From an uncultured Hormoscilla sp. (GTDB lineage: Bacteria > Cyanobacteriota > Cyanobacteriia > Cyanobacteriales > Desertifilaceae), in NCBI GenBank assembly GCA_963921275.4, contig OZ001293.3, positions 800,001 to 864,000 on the forward strand: a stretch of 64,000 nucleotides of DNA. The letters are read 5' to 3'. Both the position numbers and the translations under genes were made by a program. The first letter of the stretch is position 1, and the number at the start of each line of letters is the position of its first letter. Positions 59,201-64,000 of the stretch are shown here, in pieces. The notes under the pieces were generated by a model. That model was given only the letters and a program-made list of their open reading frames with translations, was not told the origin of the DNA and did not search any database.

Positions 59201-61705
59201 TTTAACATTTTCTGGCACGGGTAACTCTGCCAGATTCACATCTATCAGGTCCAGATTCAGATCCAAGTTACTAAGAAGTGGGTTCTCTAAATTAGGCAAA
59301 ATTAAACCATTAGCACTCAGTCCCGGAGCCGATACCTGCTCAATTAAAACCCGATCGCCATTCCATGCCCATTTTGCTTTCAGGGGACCTCGCTCTAATA
59401 CTGGTAGTCTTTCCATCACTACTTCTCCTTCACCCTCGATATCGGCTATGGTTTTGGCTTTTACGTCTCCGGCGAGTTTTAACACAGTTGAGCCGGAAAC
59501 CCCCTGTAGCAATGGTGGTATTTCTGAACCCAGGCTACTCAGGCGATCGATCTCCACCCTCGGGGCCTCTACTATTGCTTGCCATTCCCCATTCTTTAGT
59601 CTCCCGGATGCTTCAACTAGGTTGTCTGCTACCCAAAGGCTACCCTCTGCTGTGGCTTCAATGGTGTCAGGTGCGATCGCTTCTGTTAAAGTCCCTGCTA
59701 TTTGCACGGTTCCGGTTAGTGATCCTAGCAAACTGGGTGGTGGGAATATAGGCTCTCGAATTTCCTTTATTTCTAGGCTGTCGATCAGAAGTTGAGATTG
59801 CCATTTTTTTTCTTCTAGGCTGCCCTCTGCTTTGACTATGCTGTTGGCTAAGCCCATTTCGGCTGTGAGTACTGCTTTTATGGTTTCTAGACTGATCTTC
59901 TCTATGGGACTGGTTAGTTTGATTCTGGCGTTCAGGGGTGAGTCTAGTTCTGGTGGTACTTGCGGCGAGATTTTGCTGGGTTGAAGTTCTGTTGCCCGGA
60001 TGTCTGCTTGCATTTCCCCCTCCCTGATGTGGGCGTTGGCTTGCAAGCTGCTTCCTGCTATGTTGGCGGATAGTTTCCCTTGAAGTCCGGTGGGTGGACC
60101 AAATATTTCTCCCTCGGCAGAGATTTCTCCTACGGTGATGTCATCTGTACTGATGCCATAATGTTGGGCGATCGCATCTCCTGGGATCTTATCCATGATA
60201 AAATCCAGAGCCATACCGGCCTTTTCCCCCAGCACCACTTCTCCTTTAGCGGTAAGCACACCCCCTACCCCTGGTTTCACCTCCACTGATTTTACCACCA
60301 GAGTGTTATTGGTGAACATGGCCTGAGCGCTAATCTCCTCAAGGTCTACCTTGTCGATCTGAATTGGTTTTGTAGTTGTCAAGTTTCCCTGCACCACAGG
60401 CCAGTCAAACGGTCCCTCTATCTTCGCCTCTATTTTTACCTCCCCTGTAGTCTGGACGGGGGACTTGACTCCTATGATTTCGATGACCTGCTCTATGTTT
60501 ACAGGGCCTAAGTGCGCTAGGACATCTAGGCCTTTCTCGATATTGACTTTCCCCTGGGCGGTTATGGGTATCTTTCCCCCGTAGAGGGCTGAGATTTCTG
60601 GGATGGATATCGTTTTGCCTTCTAGTTTTAGCTGCCCTTGTGTCTGGGTGACGTGCAAGGGTAGCGGTACTGGAAGCTTTGCAAAGGGTGTTTGATTTTC
60701 TGAGGGTTCTAGGTAGGTGGCCGCCACGTCTCCAAAGCTGACCGCCCCATTTAGAGTCGGCTGGCCATTTTGATATCTAAGGGTGATATTGCTATCTAGA
60801 ATGCCAGTTTGGATAGAGACGGGGACGCGATCAGAGATTAAGCTGCTGAGGGGAGCGAGTGAGAGGGCTTGGGTCTGGAATTGCAAATTGGCTTGCCCTT
60901 GGGTAAGATATATATCTCCTTGGGCCTTAAAATCTCCGCCGGAGTCAAGTTTGCCACTGCTGTCGAACTGAAAGTATTGGTTGCTACCGCTAATGTTCAC
61001 TTTCACATTTACGCTAGACAGGCCAATAGGGGCTTTTTGCGGATATGGCTCTAGCTTAATATGAGCATCTTGGAGGGCTATCTGGACTGTGGATATCTTC
61101 AGCCAGGTTTCTGGTTGTGGGTGGATAGTTAGGTTTGTCCAGTTACCCTCCTTGTCTTCTTTAAGGTAAATCTCAGGTTGGATTAATCTGATAGCAACGT
61201 TAGCTCTGAGTGATCGCTCCCATAACATCGGTCTGAGTGCAACGTTAACAGCCACAGCCTCAGTAGCTGCATAGGAAGCGTCAGTTTCGGTAGGTGGTAA
61301 ATTAGAGCTGCCGAACCGCAGATGGAAATTTCCCGGGGGCAGTTGGGGGACGATGCTTTCCAGTTGACCCATTTGTAGCCTTTTGCTGTCAATCATGCGG
61401 GCGATCACTTCTTCTACTGTCGGTGCCAACTCTTGGTGCAGCCATCTCCATACAGACCAAGCACCAGCACCAACGCCGACTAGCAACAAGCCTCCCAGGG
61501 TAATTAGTAGATTTCGGCGCCACCTCCGGAGTTGATTACGTTGAGGCTGCGTCTCTTGAGTAGTGTGAATAGGCACGCGATCAGTCTCTTGGGTAGTGCG
61601 GGTAGCGCGGCCTTCGCGAGACACCTCATCGGGAGACGCAGAAGCTGGTGCTGGCGGCTGAGGCTTGGGATCCGGTTCGTTATTAGAGTTTGATTCGTTA
61701 GTCAT
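56297..61705 (-). CDS. tamB: Translocation/assembly module TamB (DUF490) protein
   Basis: About 1800 aa, N-terminal TM, beta-rich repeats, C-terminal LSSSP..SQSEIIALLGG..YEVKF. Confidence 0.88.
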   Translation of the reverse strand: MTNESNSNNEPDPKPQPPAPASASPDEVSREGRATRTTQETDRVPIHTTQETQPQRNQLRRWRRNLLITLGGLLLVGVGAGAWSVWRWLHQELAPTVEEVIARMIDSKRLQMGQLESIVPQLPPGNFHLRFGSSNLPPTETDASYAATEAVAVNVALRPMLWERSLRANVAIRLIQPEIYLKEDKEGNWTNLTIHPQPETWLKISTVQIALQDAHIKLEPYPQKAPIGLSSVNVKVNISGSNQYFQFDSSGKLDSGGDFKAQGDIYLTQGQANLQFQTQALSLAPLSSLISDRVPVSIQTGILDSNITLRYQNGQPTLNGAVSFGDVAATYLEPSENQTPFAKLPVPLPLHVTQTQGQLKLEGKTISIPEISALYGGKIPITAQGKVNIEKGLDVLAHLGPVNIEQVIEIIGVKSPVQTTGEVKIEAKIEGPFDWPVVQGNLTTTKPIQIDKVDLEEISAQAMFTNNTLVVKSVEVKPGVGGVLTAKGEVVLGEKAGMALDFIMDKIPGDAIAQHYGISTDDITVGEISAEGEIFGPPTGLQGKLSANIAGSSLQANAHIREGEMQADIRATELQPSKISPQVPPELDSPLNARIKLTSPIEKISLETIKAVLTAEMGLANSIVKAEGSLEEKKWQSQLLIDSLEIKEIREPIFPPPSLLGSLTGTVQIAGTLTEAIAPDTIEATAEGSLWVADNLVEASGRLKNGEWQAIVEAPRVEIDRLSSLGSEIPPLLQGVSGSTVLKLAGDVKAKTIADIEGEGEVVMERLPVLERGPLKAKWAWNGDRVLIEQVSAPGLSANGLILPNLENPLLSNLDLNLDLIDVNLAELPVPENVKLTGNVDFAGAIGGEILTPRVNGNLRLRGLGVNDLAFDPDMSGPVIAEVGEGVSIDLKGNEDQIALVLKSNYYPESFTVKVHEAIATGRTSRDTALASEHLQIDITNLQLSLLDIQPELGPGELSGLLSGRLEVNPDNCINELSGSPVRGNCLGGTVKIDSPAVGHMQADSLEAAFLYGRGLATLESSSLQLPESEYQFAGKYNILTETGDGNVKIVKGDIQDILKTLHWFNFADIARGLAPPSYANAADLEIFPVGETERDVLWQLRRFSEISTLVRRRAFQQESNPTPELSELDGSMKGEVDLATAPATGMIVDFDVLGTDWSWGEYDFNPIVLKGSFADNVLSLDPIRIQSGPTLLTFNGQVGVEQQSGQLHLENLPVELIERFVPQKLPVDITGKINVTATLGGGTLENPRAIGEMRLVDGTLNKTALELAKGSFSLDNGLLRFGSQVRAGGAELVKIKGSIPNLPPIGAVSPTSQEIQIDAYVEDEGMAVLDILSREQVKWGGGSGFVLVEIRGTFDRPVVDGSLLIENGIFTTEQYPHLPPLTDVKGLVKFDGDRIFVERWEGNFSGGQLRVAGELPLLSSAQRARSAYFSTVDNPLTIDLENLALDFNEIFSGEVNSNIVVSGTVMSPKIGGNIRIPKGKIFLSQAAEANISRRSPVASGQEASAEAGIVPELENLQISLGDRVSLRWPGLMNIRATGDLTINGTIEDMRPDGDIFLPRGYVNLYTTQFRLTENYDHKVRFRPRQGLEPDLDIRLETAVTEIAGARGANITSASEEGIFLSPPEISDRAVLGGLGTQTVEIEARVKGQASGIQTGNALTLSSSPHHSQSEIIALLGGNLADTLSGSDSTLALANLAGTALLSNIENTIADKLGLTALRFFPVLDFNETTAAEQDPNFPLSLGAEASIKITDNFGASVLKILTDDRPAQFSLRVTVSDRLRLRGATNFSGDDRAQFEYEVKF

Positions 61706-61987
61706 GCCATCATTGCCTGTAAAAATACTCTTGGTCAGTAGGGACAACTTGCATTGTCCTGCTGTATCCCCGATGCACTTCGATGTCTCCGGAGAGCGCT
61801 AAAAGCACTACTTCGGAGACATCGAGGGATAGTGCGTGTATGATGTCCCTCGGGTTTCGCTGTGCATCCGGGGACATCAAGCGCCCCTATTGCATCGAAG
61901 AGGAGCGCTACACGCACTACCCCGGGGATACAGGGTGATGGTCTAGATTGTTAGATTAACGCACGTGGGTATATTGTGTAAAGAGTA

Positions 61988-62932
61988 GTGCGATTTGTTC
62001 CGACATAAACCTATAAGGGTGAAAGTCGGGTCTGGTTTCATTAGCCAGATAACTTTGGTCATCATAGGGGTTAGATTCCCCTCCCCCAGGTGCGGGGTGA
62101 CACCGGTCTTCAGTGCTGCGGAGCAACATCACCGTGGTGCCGAGCGAGGACTTAAATGTAGGATAGCTCCTAGCCTAAAGGAGTGACTCTGCTAGGAAAG
62201 AGGCTCATGGTTAGAACAAGCGAATCTCTGTAAGTATCGTAAACACGAACCAGCGAAAAGGCTAATGCGCTGGCCCAAAAGGGAAAGCAGTTTGCGTATC
62301 AATGTTTGCTCTCCATTGGTATCGTACCCGAAATGACTGCCGGTATAGAGTAGAGACCTAAAAGCCTCGCGAAATGATACCAAGGAACGAAGTAACCCCC
62401 GTGGTGCTGTCCTCATTTGGACAAGTCAGATGTGCGTCCGCGTAGCGTGCGCACAGCGCATAGCGCATGCCCATGAGGGGAGAGATGGCCCGAGAAGCTA
62501 ATGCCTAGGCGGTGTCTGGAGCATGCCTTGGTGTCTGGAGCACACCAAAGTCCTTCAGGACAAGAGCATGCGGAAGACGCCGGTAATGCCTATGGATACG
62601 CAGACGCGGGTCGGTGATACTAGTAAACTATTGGTACAAGTAGCTCTAAAATGTCATAAGCCCATTTACAGCGTTAGCGAAAGCGAGTTGAGGATTGAGG
62701 AATGTTTAACTGGTAAAACGGAGTGTTAAATGGTGATACTAAAGGTTATCCGGCAGCTCCACTCACCAACCAGGAAAGGGGCGGACGTGCAAGTAGTAAG
62801 GGACAATGGGAGTAATCCCTAGTAATCCTACCCGTGAAAGGGGCCTAGTACCCAGTAGCCGTGTGCGGTGAAAGTCGCATGCACGGTTCCGAAAGGGAGG
62901 GTTGTCCCGCGAGGGACAGCTCGACCCCGACT
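61988..62932 (+). mobile_element. ORF-less group II intron, intergenic
   Basis: GTGCGATTTG start; canonical D5/D6; EBS1 TGCTCT pairs with upstream AGAGTA. Confidence 0.9.
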
Positions 62933-62977
62933 TAAGTTGCTCCAAGAGGTTTTGGAAGGTTACATCAGCACAGAACA

Positions 62978-63391
62978 ATGCGAGTACATGTCTTACTTTT
63001 TAATGCCCGCACGGAAAATGAGGGAATTCACACAATTACCATCGGGGGTCGCAATTATGTCCTCATGTTTGAAGATGAAGACGACGCCATCCGCTATGCT
63101 ATGTTACTAGAAGCCCAAGATTTTGGCTCTCCTACCGTTGAGGCCCTCGAGGACGACGAAATCAAAGAATTTTGCGCCGAAGCAAGTTACGACTGGAAGT
63201 TGGTGCCCAAAAACTTTAGACCTAGTACCCCGGAAGAACGCCTGTTGTTGGCCCCCCCAGAGACGAACCTGGAAAATACTGACTGGGACCAAACTGCCCC
63301 TCCCGAGAGAGTCGAACGCCAACAAGCGCCCCCAAGGACAGAAGATTCAGAACTAGACCGAATTCGCCAGCAATTGGAAAAACTGCTATGA
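62978..63391 (+). CDS. DUF3110-family protein
   Basis: VLLFNA..EGIHT..VLMFEDEDDA.RYA.LLEAQDF. Confidence 0.85.
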   Translation: MRVHVLLFNARTENEGIHTITIGGRNYVLMFEDEDDAIRYAMLLEAQDFGSPTVEALEDDEIKEFCAEASYDWKLVPKNFRPSTPEERLLLAPPETNLENTDWDQTAPPERVERQQAPPRTEDSELDRIRQQLEKLL

Positions 63392-64000
63392 AGAATATCC
63401 AGGACCGGGGGCATCTGTTGACGGAACAGGTTAATCCTGATAGTCTCAACCTGGACCAGCTGAGTTCTCTGGAATTAGTGGAACTCTTCAATCGAGAGGA
63501 CGCCCAGGTACTAACCGCGATCTCGGCTGCTAAAACCCAGTTGGCCCAAGCAATTGACCGCACGGCTGCTTTACTACGTAGGGGCGGACGTCTGTTTTAT
63601 GCTGGCGCCGGGACTAGCGGACGACTGGGGGTCTTGGATGCAGCTGAATGTCCTCCCACTTTTTGTACCCACCCAGATTTGGTCCAGGGGATAATTGCTG
63701 GCGGTGCCGGAGCCTTGGTGCGCAGTTCGGAAGATTTGGAGGACCGGTTTGAAGATGGCATGCAGGCGATCGCCCAGCGCCACCTGACGGCAATGGATGT
63801 GACGATCTCTATTACGGCGGGCGGGACCACCCCTTTTGTCCATGGCATCTTGCAAGGGGCCCGACAGCGAGGTGCTACCACCATCTTTATGGCCTGCGTA
63901 CCCCCAGAACAAGTCAAGGTTGATGCTGACATTGATATTCGCCTTCTAGTTGGTCCAGAAGTGCTAGCCGGTTCAACCAGACTCAAAGCTGGCACAGTTA
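63388..64000 (+). CDS. murQ: N-acetylmuramic acid 6-phosphate etherase (runs off the window)
   Basis: Translated by hand: RGHLLTEQVNP, GAGTSGRLGVLDAAECPPTF, GPEVLAGSTRLKAGT. Confidence 0.95.
   Translation, partial: MKNIQDRGHLLTEQVNPDSLNLDQLSSLELVELFNREDAQVLTAISAAKTQLAQAIDRTAALLRRGGRLFYAGAGTSGRLGVLDAAECPPTFCTHPDLVQGIIAGGAGALVRSSEDLEDRFEDGMQAIAQRHLTAMDVTISITAGGTTPFVHGILQGARQRGATTIFMACVPPEQVKVDADIDIRLLVGPEVLAGSTRLKAGTV

Noticed and set aside
57039..60971. Plus-strand ORFs up to 242 aa
   Set aside because: Antisense shadows of tamB with no recognisable motifs
1..64000. tRNA or rRNA genes
   Set aside because: None recognised by eye; the structured regions are explained by introns and repeats

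Overview
Chromosomal segment of a filamentous cyanobacterium, inferred from abundant HIP1 (GCGATCGC), 7-8-mer STRR repeats and cyanobacterial gene families. Intact housekeeping genes (rnz, aspC, cobU, cysE, nrdJ, argC, ribBA, tamB, murQ) sit among many single-lesion pseudogenes and a very dense mobilome. There are nine group II introns covering about 12.3 kb (about 19% of the window). Seven are ORF-less and two carry dead RT genes; two sit as a head-to-tail pair nested antisense in another intron, and one splits an nrdJ that also carries an intein. IS982, IS5, ISKra4, IS630 and IS1 elements and several MITEs are also present. The most unusual signal is a family of 15- and 24-nt micro-insertions. 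All 15 copies follow CGA, start TTTTTC (one degenerate copy GTTTTC), lack a target duplication and are multiples of 3 long. They add peptides to housekeeping proteins, and one variant occurs five times within about 820 bp. All calls are by eye and no database searches were run.
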